In this document: one piece after another, positions 12,362 to 21,321 of the stretch | Position numbering within the stretch: position 1 is the first letter of the stretch | Layout: every line of letters begins with the position of its first letter | Source of the DNA: an uncultured Alphaproteobacteria bacterium | Lineage (GTDB): Bacteria > Pseudomonadota > Alphaproteobacteria > Rs-D84 | NCBI GenBank assembly: GCA_944389595.1 | Contig: CALXMY010000002.1 | Location: 57,913 to 121,912, forward strand | DNA: 64,000 nucleotides | Direction of reading: 5' to 3' | The notes under the pieces: generated by a model | What the model saw: only the letters and a program-made list of their open reading frames with translations | Databases searched by the model: none | What the model was told of the DNA's origin: nothing | Program-made: the position numbers and the translations under genes

Positions 12362-13030
12362 ATGTTTACGGCCGATTGGTTTTTTGATTTAGATTCTAGG
12401 TTGCGCGAAATGGGATTGGATTCCGATGCGCAATCGTTTGATGAAATACGCGAAAATTTATCACATCGGCGTGTGTTGGCCCCGGATGCGTTTGCGGAAA
12501 ATTGCGTATATGTAATTTTGGCGGGTGGATTTTCGCAAAAAACGGCCAAAAAAATTCATGCGCAAATTATGGATTTTTTGCGGGCGCATGGGGCTGATTT
12601 TGATGGTTTGTTTGCGATGTTTCATAATAAAAATAAAATTAATGCCGTGTGCAAAATCTGGGATAATCGTGCACAATTGCGGGATGAATATTATTTGTTG
12701 AATGATACGGATGCACGTGTAAATTTTCTGTCGCGTTTGCCGCATATTGGAAAAATTACTGCAAATCATTTGGCGCGAAACCTGGGTGAAAATGTTGTGA
12801 AATATGATATTTGGATTCAACGCCTGGGCGCGTTGTATGCAGGAAACCCGGCATTGATCGCGAAAATAGATAATAAAAAATTATGCCCGGAAATCAGGTG
12901 CGCATGTGATGCGATGTTTGATGATTTATGTGCACAAACTAAATTGCCACGTGGGTATATTGACGTGGTTTTGTGGAAAAGTTCACAAACGGGTTTAATA
13001 AAGGAATTAAAACATGAATGTGAAAATTGA
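12362..13030 (+). CDS. HhH-GPD-like DNA glycosylase family protein (Nth/MagIII-like, no Fe-S cluster)
   Basis: 222 aa. [12 protein letters not shown] matches the Nth/MutY helix-hairpin-helix LPGVGRKTANVV, and a downstream Asp (VKYDIW) sits at the expected distance. Lies immediately upstream of ung. Confidence 0.35.
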   Translation: MFTADWFFDLDSRLREMGLDSDAQSFDEIRENLSHRRVLAPDAFAENCVYVILAGGFSQKTAKKIHAQIMDFLRAHGADFDGLFAMFHNKNKINAVCKIWDNRAQLRDEYYLLNDTDARVNFLSRLPHIGKITANHLARNLGENVVKYDIWIQRLGALYAGNPALIAKIDNKKLCPEIRCACDAMFDDLCAQTKLPRGYIDVVLWKSSQTGLIKELKHECEN

Positions 13031-13676
13031 ACAATCATGGAAAGATGCGCTGGGCGCGGAATTTGATAAAGATTATTTTATTAAATTAACTGATTTTGTG
13101 CGTGGTGAATATTTGGCGGGGCATGCGGTTTATCCCGCATCGGCAAATATTTTTAATGCGTTTAATTTGTGCCCGTTGGATAATGTAAAGGTTGTGATTA
13201 TTGGTCAAGACCCGTATCATGAACCCGGTCAGGCGCATGGATTGTGTTTTTCGGTTTTGCCGCCGACACCAATTCCACCATCATTGGTTAATATTTACAA
13301 GGAAATTCAAAACGACCTGGGGCGGCCATCAAAAACACATGGTGATTTGACCAGTTGGGCCGAACAGGGGGTGTTATTATTAAATTCAACATTAACCGTT
13401 GCGGCACACAGGGCCGCATCGCACGTTGGGCGTGGGTGGGAACAATTTACTGATGCGGTAATACGCGTGGTTTCATCGCGGCCAAATATTGTTTATATGC
13501 TGTGGGGCAGTTATGCACAACGCAAGGCCGAATTTGTGAATCCGGAAAATAATTTAATTTTAAAAAGTGTGCATCCGTCACCATTATCGGCCAGTCGTGG
13601 ATTTTTTGGTAATCATCACTTTTCGCGTGCAAATGAATATTTAATTGCGCATGGCAAAACGCCAATTGAATGGTAG
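13014..13676 (+). CDS. ung: uracil-DNA glycosylase (family 1)
   Basis: 220 aa. [18 protein letters not shown] water-activating loop and C-terminal HPSPLSA motif. Confidence 0.9.
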   Translation: MNVKIEQSWKDALGAEFDKDYFIKLTDFVRGEYLAGHAVYPASANIFNAFNLCPLDNVKVVIIGQDPYHEPGQAHGLCFSVLPPTPIPPSLVNIYKEIQNDLGRPSKTHGDLTSWAEQGVLLLNSTLTVAAHRAASHVGRGWEQFTDAVIRVVSSRPNIVYMLWGSYAQRKAEFVNPENNLILKSVHPSPLSASRGFFGNHHFSRANEYLIAHGKTPIEW

Positions 13677-13695
13677 GATTATTATTCGTAATTAA

Positions 13696-14256
13696 TTAAA
13701 AGTTATAAGTAAACCCGGCACCATAAAATGCATAGGAATGATTTTCTGGGGCAGTGTTGGCATTTGAAAAATGTTGTATAAATATTTCAATTGCCCATTT
13801 TTCGTTTATTTTATATCCGCCAATTAATTTGAATTGCAATAATAATTTTGCGCCCAAACGTTCGTTTTGTTGTGCCTGCAGACCGACACCAACACCGGTT
13901 GAAAAATACCAATTATCACCATGGGCCAGGGCAATATCTTCGGATAAAAATATCATTGGAATTGTATATTGATCCCAATCCCATCCATATTTTCGCCCAA
14001 ACCCCAATGTTTGCCCGATGTTTATTGATTGGCGTGCGGGTATTTTGAAAAAAGTTGTTGGTTGGGAATATTGAATATGCAGCAAATAAAATGGCACCAA
14101 TTGTGTTGGTGGCGGAATTAAAAAGCCACTGTTTACACCCTGGCCAATATTAAAGGCAATTTGATTTTTGTATTCGCCCATAAATGGATTTGTGTCCGCA
14201 TATGCGGCGCATGTGGCGAAAATCAATGTACACAAAGAAATTGCGATTTTTTTCAT
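13696..14256 (-). CDS. small outer-membrane beta-barrel protein, PagL-like lipid A deacylase candidate
   Basis: 186 aa. Signal peptide, alternating aromatic beta-strands, C-terminal ...YNF. HFSNA near the C-terminus resembles the PagL His/Ser catalytic region. Confidence 0.4.
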   Translation of the reverse strand: MKKIAISLCTLIFATCAAYADTNPFMGEYKNQIAFNIGQGVNSGFLIPPPTQLVPFYLLHIQYSQPTTFFKIPARQSINIGQTLGFGRKYGWDWDQYTIPMIFLSEDIALAHGDNWYFSTGVGVGLQAQQNERLGAKLLLQFKLIGGYKINEKWAIEIFIQHFSNANTAPENHSYAFYGAGFTYNF

Positions 14257-14366
14257 ACGCCAAATATATAATATATTATAAATATTTTCAACAAAAATTT
14301 ATTAAAAAATATAATTATTTTATTTGTGAATAAATTCCGTTAACAAATATTGGCGGATTGTTTTGC

Positions 14367-14394
14367 TTGCATTTAATAATTTCTTTGATATAAT
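14367..14394 (+). promoter_or_regulatory. sigma70-like promoter for the tRNA gene (TTGCAT-16-TATAAT)
   Basis: -35 TTGCAT at 14367-14372, 16-nt spacer, -10 TATAAT at 14389-14394, 10 nt before the tRNA 5' end. Confidence 0.5.
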
Positions 14395-14404
14395 GCGGGG
14401 CATT

Positions 14405-14481
14405 GGCGGGATAGCTCAGCTGGTTAGAGCAGTGGAATCATAATCCACGTGTCGGGGGTTCAAGTCCCTCTCCCGCTACCA
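14405..14481 (+). tRNA. tRNA with CAU anticodon (elongator tRNA-Met or tRNA-Ile2/lysidine)
   Basis: Cloverleaf: acceptor GGCGGGA/TCCCGCT, D-arm AGCTCAGCTGGTTAGAGC, anticodon loop AUCAUAA, T-arm GGGGG-TTCAAGT-CCCTC, encoded CCA. Confidence 0.8.
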
Positions 14482-14487
14482 AAAATT

Positions 14488-14510
14488 AAACCGGCGTATG
14501 CCGGTTTTTA
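14488..14510. terminator. bidirectional rho-independent terminator
   Basis: CCGGC-gtat-GCCGG hairpin flanked by A-run and T-run. Serves the tRNA on the plus strand and the ArsR gene on the minus strand. Confidence 0.65.
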
Positions 14511-14516
14511 TTATGA

Positions 14517-15185
14517 TTAAAAATTATTTCCATTTTTATCGAATCGTTTATGTATACATCCAATTGTTGTTTTATGTATTCCGGCGGTTATATCATAATA
14601 CACATGACGGCCATCGCGACGCGATTTTACAAAATCGTCATCAGACAATTTTTTTAAATATTGTGATACCTTGATTTGTGGTATGTTTGTTCCCAATACA
14701 ATTTCGGACACACATGATTCACCACGGTATGTCAGATATTCCAATATGCGCATTTTGTCGTAATGGGCAAATAATTTTATTCTGTTTGCGGCCATGGTGG
14801 TATAATCGGTCGGCAGAATTTCTTTGTACGTGGCGCGCATAAATTTTAATTGATCCGTCATATGGCCAAATAATTTGCGCAGGCATACAAATATACTGGC
14901 CGGGTATTCGCGACATATTTCATAATAAATAAATATGCCCCTGCGGTGTGTTTGTACCAATTCAGCATCGCGCATTTTGCGCAATGATTGCGATACAATC
15001 ATTTGTTCCACGCCAACACCATGTGCAATTGCCGATACCGATGACATGCCATGTACATCCAAAAATTCCAATATGCGTAATCGCAACGGATGCGCAATGT
15101 ATGTTAACCCACGGACCGCGCGTGTCATGATGGAATCAGGTAACATACATTTTATTTTTACATCCGGTAAAACTGTTTGGGGCAT
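14517..15185 (-). CDS. tandem (duplicated) ArsR/SmtB-family winged-helix transcriptional regulator
   Basis: 222 aa with two ArsR-like HTH units (HPLRLRILEFL... and ...MRILEYLTYRGESCVSEI). Confidence 0.5.
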   Translation of the reverse strand: MPQTVLPDVKIKCMLPDSIMTRAVRGLTYIAHPLRLRILEFLDVHGMSSVSAIAHGVGVEQMIVSQSLRKMRDAELVQTHRRGIFIYYEICREYPASIFVCLRKLFGHMTDQLKFMRATYKEILPTDYTTMAANRIKLFAHYDKMRILEYLTYRGESCVSEIVLGTNIPQIKVSQYLKKLSDDDFVKSRRDGRHVYYDITAGIHKTTIGCIHKRFDKNGNNF

Positions 15186-15254
15186 GTGTGTATCCTTTGT
15201 TAAATTAATATAGCATTATTTTTACAAATCGTAAATAAATTATTTGACTTTTTT

Positions 15255-15294
15255 ATATGTATCATAAATAATATGTATTGAAAAAGATATGTAT
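15255..15294. promoter_or_regulatory. three direct ATATGTAT repeats at 16-bp periodicity in the divergent promoter region (candidate operator)
   Basis: Copies at 15255, 15271 and 15287, between the ArsR-like gene and the membrane-protein gene. Confidence 0.4.
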
Positions 15295-15329
15295 TAAATA
15301 TTTAATATAATACAAAGGGGGAATTTTGA

Positions 15330-15842
15330 ATGACATCATCATTATTACGTAAATTTATTGCGTTTATTGCGATGTTAATGCCGGTGGCGGCGGTGGCGAA
15401 TCCGGCGTGTCCCATATGCACAATTGCAATTGGCGCGGGGGTTGGTGTTGCCGAATCGCTGGGGGTGCCGGTGGCAATTGTTGGATTGTGGGCCGGGGCT
15501 TTATTGACCCTTTTGGGGTATTGGATGGCAAAGTTCTGTGATGCACGTGGTTGGAAATTTTGGGGACGAAATGCGTTGTTAATTGGGCTGTCTGTTGCGA
15601 TGATTGGGTTTGCGTATTTGGGTGATATAAATTACACACCCGAATGGATTTTGGGCTTTATATATCTGGACCCGATTTTATTTGGCGCAATTGTTGGGAT
15701 GATTGTATTCATATTAACCGAAAAACTGTATGAATGGATGAAACGTAAAAATGGCGGGCATGCGCATTTTCCGTTTGAACGCGTGGTGTTGCCGGTGGTT
15801 GCGTTGGCGTTATTTAGTTTGCTGTTTTGGTTATGCATGTAA
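15330..15842 (+). CDS. hypothetical polytopic membrane protein with CPxC motif
   Basis: 170 aa, about 4 TM helices, NPACPICT motif near the N-terminus. Confidence 0.5.
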   Translation: MTSSLLRKFIAFIAMLMPVAAVANPACPICTIAIGAGVGVAESLGVPVAIVGLWAGALLTLLGYWMAKFCDARGWKFWGRNALLIGLSVAMIGFAYLGDINYTPEWILGFIYLDPILFGAIVGMIVFILTEKLYEWMKRKNGGHAHFPFERVVLPVVALALFSLLFWLCM

Positions 15843-15862
15843 AATGACAAAAGGGGGCAAGT

Positions 15863-16441
15863 ATGGAAAAAATTAAAAATGTACGCGAATTTGTTGAAAA
15901 ATTAGATGCCGCAAAAAAGGTTAATCCAAAAGATTTATCGTCTGACCAGGATTTAACCATTGGCATCATGAATCTGATATCAATCGAAGAGCATTTGATG
16001 TTTTCAGGTGCCAAAACCGGCAAGCATGAATTTTATGACTTAATCGACGAAGTTCGTGAACAGCGCAAGCAAATGATGCAAAAAATAATCCCATCGTACG
16101 AAGGCGAAGTGTGGTGTATATCAAAGCATTTATTGGCGGCATCCATGCGTTTGTTCGAGGTCGGCACCAAGGCATTGGCCGCCGGTGACAGGGCGGGTGC
16201 ATATGATTTGTTTGATCGGTCGTATGGATTGTATTGCATATTTTGGGGATTAAATATGGGCGGATTGGTTGGTGGCGCGGATGTTAAATGGGTTAAAACA
16301 CGTCCGTCAATATCAAACGTAAAAAAAAACGATAATGTCGCGCCGGTAATTGATGATTTGTCGGATTCAATGGCGGGCGACAGTAAAATCTCGCGTTTGA
16401 AACGTTGGGTAAAAAACGCGGTGAATTGCTGTATTGAATAA
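15863..16441 (+). CDS. hypothetical protein
   Basis: 192-aa ORF with an RBS-like AAGGGGG upstream. No recognisable domain. Confidence 0.45.
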   Translation: MEKIKNVREFVEKLDAAKKVNPKDLSSDQDLTIGIMNLISIEEHLMFSGAKTGKHEFYDLIDEVREQRKQMMQKIIPSYEGEVWCISKHLLAASMRLFEVGTKALAAGDRAGAYDLFDRSYGLYCIFWGLNMGGLVGGADVKWVKTRPSISNVKKNDNVAPVIDDLSDSMAGDSKISRLKRWVKNAVNCCIE

Positions 16442-16460
16442 TAAAAAATTCTGTTGAATA

Positions 16461-16487
16461 CACCCCGCATGCGCGGGGTGCTTTTTA
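16461..16487 (+). terminator. rho-independent terminator
   Basis: CACCCCGC-atgc-GCGGGGTG hairpin followed by CTTTTT. Confidence 0.7.
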
Positions 16488-16530
16488 TTCTTGATTTTTC
16501 GGGGCGGTTCCTTATAATGGCAAATACAGT

Positions 16531-16604
16531 GCCCTAATAGTCTAGTGGTAAAACACGTCCTTGGTAAGGACGAGTCGCAAGTCCGATTCTTGCTTAGGGC
16601 ACCA
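16531..16604 (+). tRNA. tRNA-Thr (GGU anticodon) with a non-canonical T-loop
   Basis: Acceptor GCCCTAA/TTAGGGC. Perfect anticodon arm CGTCC-UUGGUAA-GGACG. T-arm GCAAG-TCCGATT-CTTGC carries C at position 55 instead of U, and there is a D-stem mismatch. Encoded CCA. A TTGATT-16-TATAAT promoter lies at 16491-16518. Confidence 0.6.
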
Positions 16605-18138
16605 CTAAAGAATTCTCCCATGAAAAACTGTTAAATAGCCCGAAAATCGGGGATAAATTGATAGTCCCAAATTTTTGTTCTTTGTTGTAGGAAATTTTGT
16701 CCCTAAAGCACAAATTTAGGACTACTTGTTTGATGTTGTAATCTCCATTTTTCCATGCTTCAATGGGGCGTGAAATAAAATCAGATACATATCCGAAAGC
16801 TTCATCAAATGGCATTAATTCAGGGGTAAAGTTATCAACTTCTGATTGTAGTGATAATCTCTCTGATTCCAGCGCATTAATTTTTGCGTTAAGTGCCTTT
16901 TTCATAACATCGTTTGCGCTGATATATGCGTCAGTGATTAATGATTGTTCTTGTTCTATTGCAGATATGCGTTTCTTTTTTTCTTCGTTATTCGCACATG
17001 CAGCTTTATTGCGGTTTGAATATTCCCTTGTTGCTAATGCTCGTGCCAGCGCAATCAGATTCTCTTTTGGGGCAATTTTATTCAAAACCTCTGTTTCAAA
17101 TTCTTTATGCAAAATTTGCGGTGATACGTTGGCAAGTTTCTTTTTAGGGCAGTTCTTGTTTTGACACTGATAGTATGGATATTTGCCGCTTTTCGTCATA
17201 CTAGCAGTTAACGGGCGACCACACTCGGGACAGGTTATAAATCCCTTAAGTGGGAAGCGTTCATCATGTTTGTTGTATTTCTTGTGTCTAAGGCGGTTTC
17301 GTCCATGTAGGCGGTCTTGGATTAAATCAAATGTCGCAGTATCTATTAATGGTTCTATGTGCCATTTTTGGACTGGAATATCATATTTAGGATATGCGAA
17401 TATACCCGTATATTTGCGGTCGGTTAAGATGCGTTTCACAAAATCAAATATGTTTTTGGGGGTATGGAGACCGGCTAAGTGCATTCTTTCTGTTAAAAAG
17501 TTTGCTACATCGGTCTGAGATACTAATTTTGCGCTGGCGAATTGTTCTAGGGCTTCTTGTATTATCCCTGCCAATGGTTCATGTCGTTTTAATTCTTTGC
17601 GTGCGCCAATTTTTACGAATTGGTATCCCTTTGGTGGTTGCGTAATCCAATACCCATTTCTGGCGGCTTCACGCATACCGGCAATAGTTCTTTCTCTGTT
17701 CTGGTCTGCGAATAACTCTGCCTGTGCCGCTTCTATTGTTGCCATGAATTTCCCGACAGGGCTTGTTTCTAAAATTCCTTTGCATGTTGCCAATCTGTGC
17801 CCGCATCGTTCCATAGATTTGCGTAATTTAATGAAATCTCCTGCGTTGCGTGCTAATCGGCTTATGTCATAAAATAATACCAGACGAGGTTCTTTTATTT
17901 TTGATAGATAATCTATCATTTCTGCAAGTTGATCACGTCCTTCGGTTTTTGTTCCTGTTTTCGCTGCATCTATATAAAATTTTTCGATTTTGCAGTTATT
18001 CCGTTGCGCCCAAGATTCGCATGCCCATTGTTGTGTATCTAGGCCGTTGCCGTTATTGACCTGTTTATCGGTTGACACCCTATAATATGCAACCGCCTTT
18101 GTGATTTTATGATTTTCCATTGTGCAACACCTTGTCAA
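16594..18138 (-). CDS. large serine recombinase (phage-type serine integrase)
   Basis: N-terminal catalytic motif AYYRVSTDKQ, a recombinase domain and a C-terminal Cys zinc ribbon (CPECGRPL...CQNKNCP). The stop codon overlaps the last 11 nt of tRNA-Thr. The likely true start is MENHK at 18120. Confidence 0.85.
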   Translation of the reverse strand: MTRCCTMENHKITKAVAYYRVSTDKQVNNGNGLDTQQWACESWAQRNNCKIEKFYIDAAKTGTKTEGRDQLAEMIDYLSKIKEPRLVLFYDISRLARNAGDFIKLRKSMERCGHRLATCKGILETSPVGKFMATIEAAQAELFADQNRERTIAGMREAARNGYWITQPPKGYQFVKIGARKELKRHEPLAGIIQEALEQFASAKLVSQTDVANFLTERMHLAGLHTPKNIFDFVKRILTDRKYTGIFAYPKYDIPVQKWHIEPLIDTATFDLIQDRLHGRNRLRHKKYNKHDERFPLKGFITCPECGRPLTASMTKSGKYPYYQCQNKNCPKKKLANVSPQILHKEFETEVLNKIAPKENLIALARALATREYSNRNKAACANNEEKKKRISAIEQEQSLITDAYISANDVMKKALNAKINALESERLSLQSEVDNFTPELMPFDEAFGYVSDFISRPIEAWKNGDYNIKQVVLNLCFRDKISYNKEQKFGTINLSPIFGLFNSFSWENSLVVP

Positions 18139-18364
18139 AGATTGTGTTTATAATAATGATTAACTGGTCTCTATATTGCTCTATCTGTTTATCTGTTAAG
18201 TTTATATTGCCCAGATATTTACGACATTCTGCCACCGACATCGTCGCCATCGCGCCCACCAAAAGGTCTGCGTTTTGGCCTCGGTTTGTGCGTAAGCGAA
18301 AACAATGTTAAACAAATCCTTTATTACATCGGTTCGTGCGATATGTCGTAAAAAGGATTGATTT

Positions 18365-19105
18365 TTATATTTCATTCCATACCTCTGTCAGATTCAAAAT
18401 GAAATTTTTGTTAATCATTTTTTCTTGTGCCATTAATATAATATCGTCAATGCGTGCAATATTACACCGCCCGGCCATATCCATATACAGGTATATATCG
18501 TCTTTATTTTTTGTCTTGTCAAAACAAGTGTATGCAATTTCAAGCAGACTAAAATCTGTGCCTGGTAATTTTACCCGCAGGGATTCTTTCGTTTTTTGTA
18601 ATTTACGAACAGATACCCCAAAATCGCGACAGGCTTTTAATATATGAATATAAGCAATATCAATTTTTGAAAATGTATACCATTTTTCAATATTGCCGCG
18701 CTCGTCAATCAACAATTCTTGTTTGTGTGTCCAATCGTTTAAGCAGCGACTGCTGATAGGAATATCTTGTTTATGAAATTTTTTATCACGCAGGTCATTT
18801 AAGTATCGGGCTTCTGATAAGTTGTCAGAGCAGAACATAAACACATTCATAGATTCATTTGTTAAAACAACGTCGGCCAATCGGTAATCTTTTATCAAAA
18901 CTTGTGCCGGATATTCTTTATATGGGCGGCTGGATATTAGGGTGATGGCTTGTGTTAATTCCGTTGCCAGGTCGCGCAAATCCTGTCCCTTGAATTCAAT
19001 ATTGTGCTTTTTGCTTTTTATCCTCAGAATACCCGATTTTGCGTCAAAGTCTGTACCAGTTGGGTATTCCTTGGAATCGTAGATATGTTCTTGTTTTTTA
19101 TTCAT
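18365..19105 (-). CDS. hypothetical island protein
   Basis: 246-aa ORF. A possible HTH-like segment (SKIDIAYIHILKACRDFGVSVRKL). Preceded by a 20-bp perfect palindrome. Confidence 0.4.
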   Translation of the reverse strand: MNKKQEHIYDSKEYPTGTDFDAKSGILRIKSKKHNIEFKGQDLRDLATELTQAITLISSRPYKEYPAQVLIKDYRLADVVLTNESMNVFMFCSDNLSEARYLNDLRDKKFHKQDIPISSRCLNDWTHKQELLIDERGNIEKWYTFSKIDIAYIHILKACRDFGVSVRKLQKTKESLRVKLPGTDFSLLEIAYTCFDKTKNKDDIYLYMDMAGRCNIARIDDIILMAQEKMINKNFILNLTEVWNEI

Positions 19106-19118
19106 AGCACAACCTTAA

Positions 19119-19138
19119 ATATTACATATATGTAATAT
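19119..19138. promoter_or_regulatory. 20-bp perfect palindrome ATATTACATATATGTAATAT (candidate operator)
   Basis: Exact inverted repeat 14 bp upstream of the start codon of the 246-aa gene. Confidence 0.4.
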
Positions 19139-19374
19139 ATCAAATAAAAAGCCGTTGTAAAGCAATTTTTTTATAAAAAAATCAGCAAATACAATAATGT
19201 ATGCTTAAAATAGCATACATTGTATACCGTAAATTTAATTCGCGACACTTATTTTGATAAAAATCAGCGCTATGCCACGGAATACAAGGCGTTGCGCGGA
19301 AAATTCAAAAAGTCGTTAATATCGCGCATTTTTTATAATGCCCGGAAATCCGCCATTTTATGTCATAGTGTCGT

Positions 19375-19800
19375 CTAATGTGTTTTTATTTCCAGTTTAG
19401 GTCGCTCTTTGTCGGGGTTTTCTGAAAAATCTTTCGCACATTGAATTATTGCTATGTCTACTAAATGCTCGCGTGTTTCTGCAATATTAAATACATTTAC
19501 AATGTTGTGTTTAATCGCTTTATAGACTTGTTTTTCTCTCATAACGGTGTGCATATTGTCGACTACGCATTCACAGAGTTGGTGTGTCAATATGATATTG
19601 TCTAGTGTTGTGGTGCCTTTGGGAACATATTTATCAACGCAGACCGTTCTAACCTTTTCGTCATTCTTAAAAACATCTCTAAAATATTTGTTAACATACT
19701 TATTTCTGGATTCACACATTGCTAGATAATAGGTAATGCAAGATATGAGTGTTAAAGATATCAAACCAAGTGCAATATGAACTAGTATTTTTGTTTTCAT
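19375..19800 (-). CDS. hypothetical secreted/lipoprotein-like island protein
   Basis: 141 aa with an N-terminal signal sequence containing LISC. Confidence 0.4.
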   Translation of the reverse strand: MKTKILVHIALGLISLTLISCITYYLAMCESRNKYVNKYFRDVFKNDEKVRTVCVDKYVPKGTTTLDNIILTHQLCECVVDNMHTVMREKQVYKAIKHNIVNVFNIAETREHLVDIAIIQCAKDFSENPDKERPKLEIKTH

Positions 19801-19844
19801 AATTTATCTCTTTTTTTGGTTCGACAACCTTGTCGATTCAAAAT

Positions 19845-20231
19845 TTATTGACGCTTTTTATCAAAAATTGCCCAAATTATCGCAAACAGCCAAAGTAATA
19901 TCCCCGCCGGTCCCCATACAGAAAAGAATGTCAGCCAGTAAATACCCGTGCTATGTTTTCGATTAAGAAATGTCGCCAGACATACCGGAATCATACCCAT
20001 TGCAAATGCAATCAGTGCTGACAACAGAAAAACAAGACCGGAATCGTCAACCTGTAAATATGCATTCGACCACCCTAGCGCACCGGCGATAATTGCCCCT
20101 ATGCTAACCAACCACCACGCGCTTGCTGGAATTTTGGGTGTGTGCGGTATATTTGATTTTTCAGATTGTGTATTATTTATGCTAACTTTTTCAGACATTT
20201 TCTTACCCCTTTGATATAAAAAGACCGCCAA
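19845..20231 (-). CDS. hypothetical small membrane protein
   Basis: 128 aa with 3 predicted TM helices. Confidence 0.4.
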   Translation of the reverse strand: MAVFLYQRGKKMSEKVSINNTQSEKSNIPHTPKIPASAWWLVSIGAIIAGALGWSNAYLQVDDSGLVFLLSALIAFAMGMIPVCLATFLNRKHSTGIYWLTFFSVWGPAGILLWLFAIIWAIFDKKRQ

Positions 20232-20531
20232 AGGAATGACGGTCGGGTATTTTCAAAATCATAATTGCAATGACCCTGTGGATTTCGGCGAACCTGTTAT
20301 ATAGCCACAGACACCCGACCAAAAGGTCAGGCAAAACAGTGTAAAAAACACCATTATGCTGTCAAAAACGGATAACGATGTTTTCACACCGTGCAATTAT
20401 GGGTTTTGAACGACCCCGAACCCATATCCCTATGGATTCTTAAGCAAGTATTGCTACCGCCTCAATGTAAAATTATATTTTATAAAATATATTTATGCAA
20501 ACATAATTGTATATTTTATTGTTGGGAGTTA

Positions 20532-20981
20532 TTAAATTGTATCAAGTCTTTCTTTAAGATTGGCAATATCGTCTATAATTTTATTACATTTATTTATGTC
20601 TTGACGCCTAGAAGAGGTTTCAAAATTTTTGCCTGTTGTAAGTTCATATATATCATTAAATTGATTTCTAAAATCATAAATTTTTTTTCTAATAGAACTG
20701 AACTTATTGTGAAGATAATTCAAATTTGTTGCAATGTCTTTTTTGCATGATTTAATATTATTTTCTAGCATTAATTGATGTCCTGAAGGAAAAGATATTT
20801 TTCCCCAATACTCGCAACTAAGGGCTCTAAATTCGTCTAAAAGCCCTCTAATTAGAGATAGTCTATTTTCTTTTGCTCCCAATTTTAGTTGGTGCTTTGT
20901 TATAAAAAATGAAACTATTGCAATGCAAAGTTGTGCTATTATTCCAACAACTGTAATCCAATTATCTGTGGTCATGACCAT
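20532..20981 (-). CDS. small membrane-anchored coiled-coil protein (third gene of GHKL/STAS cassette)
   Basis: 149 aa. N-terminal TM helix VVGIIAQLCIAIVSFFI and a charged helical remainder. Lies 4 nt downstream of the STAS-like gene. The region is very AT-rich. Confidence 0.4.
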   Translation of the reverse strand: MVMTTDNWITVVGIIAQLCIAIVSFFITKHQLKLGAKENRLSLIRGLLDEFRALSCEYWGKISFPSGHQLMLENNIKSCKKDIATNLNYLHNKFSSIRKKIYDFRNQFNDIYELTTGKNFETSSRRQDINKCNKIIDDIANLKERLDTI

Positions 20982-20985
20982 TAAA

Positions 20986-21312
20986 TTATTCCTCTACAGA
21001 TTTTTTTATTATATGCCATATTGACGGTTCTAATGTTATGTCGTCATTACAAATAAAGCTTAATTTGCTTTTAATTGTTTCAAATGAAATATTATTTTCT
21101 CTTATAAGACCGCCAAAGGCTTCGTCCCAAAAAGATGCTCCAACACCATCTAAACCATCTAATATAATATTAATATGCTCTACTTTTTTATCATTAAATG
21201 CAGGAAGAATGAATTCTTCTCTGAAGCGTTGTCCAGAAAACTTACCATAACTTCTATACCTTCCAGCTGGTGCTTTATGAAAGTCTTTTGCGATATTAAT
21301 AGTTTTTATCAT
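20986..21312 (-). CDS. small STAS-like protein (DUF4325-like, anti-sigma-antagonist fold candidate)
   Basis: 108 aa. EHINIILDGLDGVGASFWDEAFGGL matches the strand-loop-helix signature of STAS-like/DUF4325 domains. Lies 9 nt downstream of the GHKL gene. Confidence 0.45.
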   Translation of the reverse strand: MIKTINIAKDFHKAPAGRYRSYGKFSGQRFREEFILPAFNDKKVEHINIILDGLDGVGASFWDEAFGGLIRENNISFETIKSKLSFICNDDITLEPSIWHIIKKSVEE

Positions 21313-21321
21313 TTTTTATCC

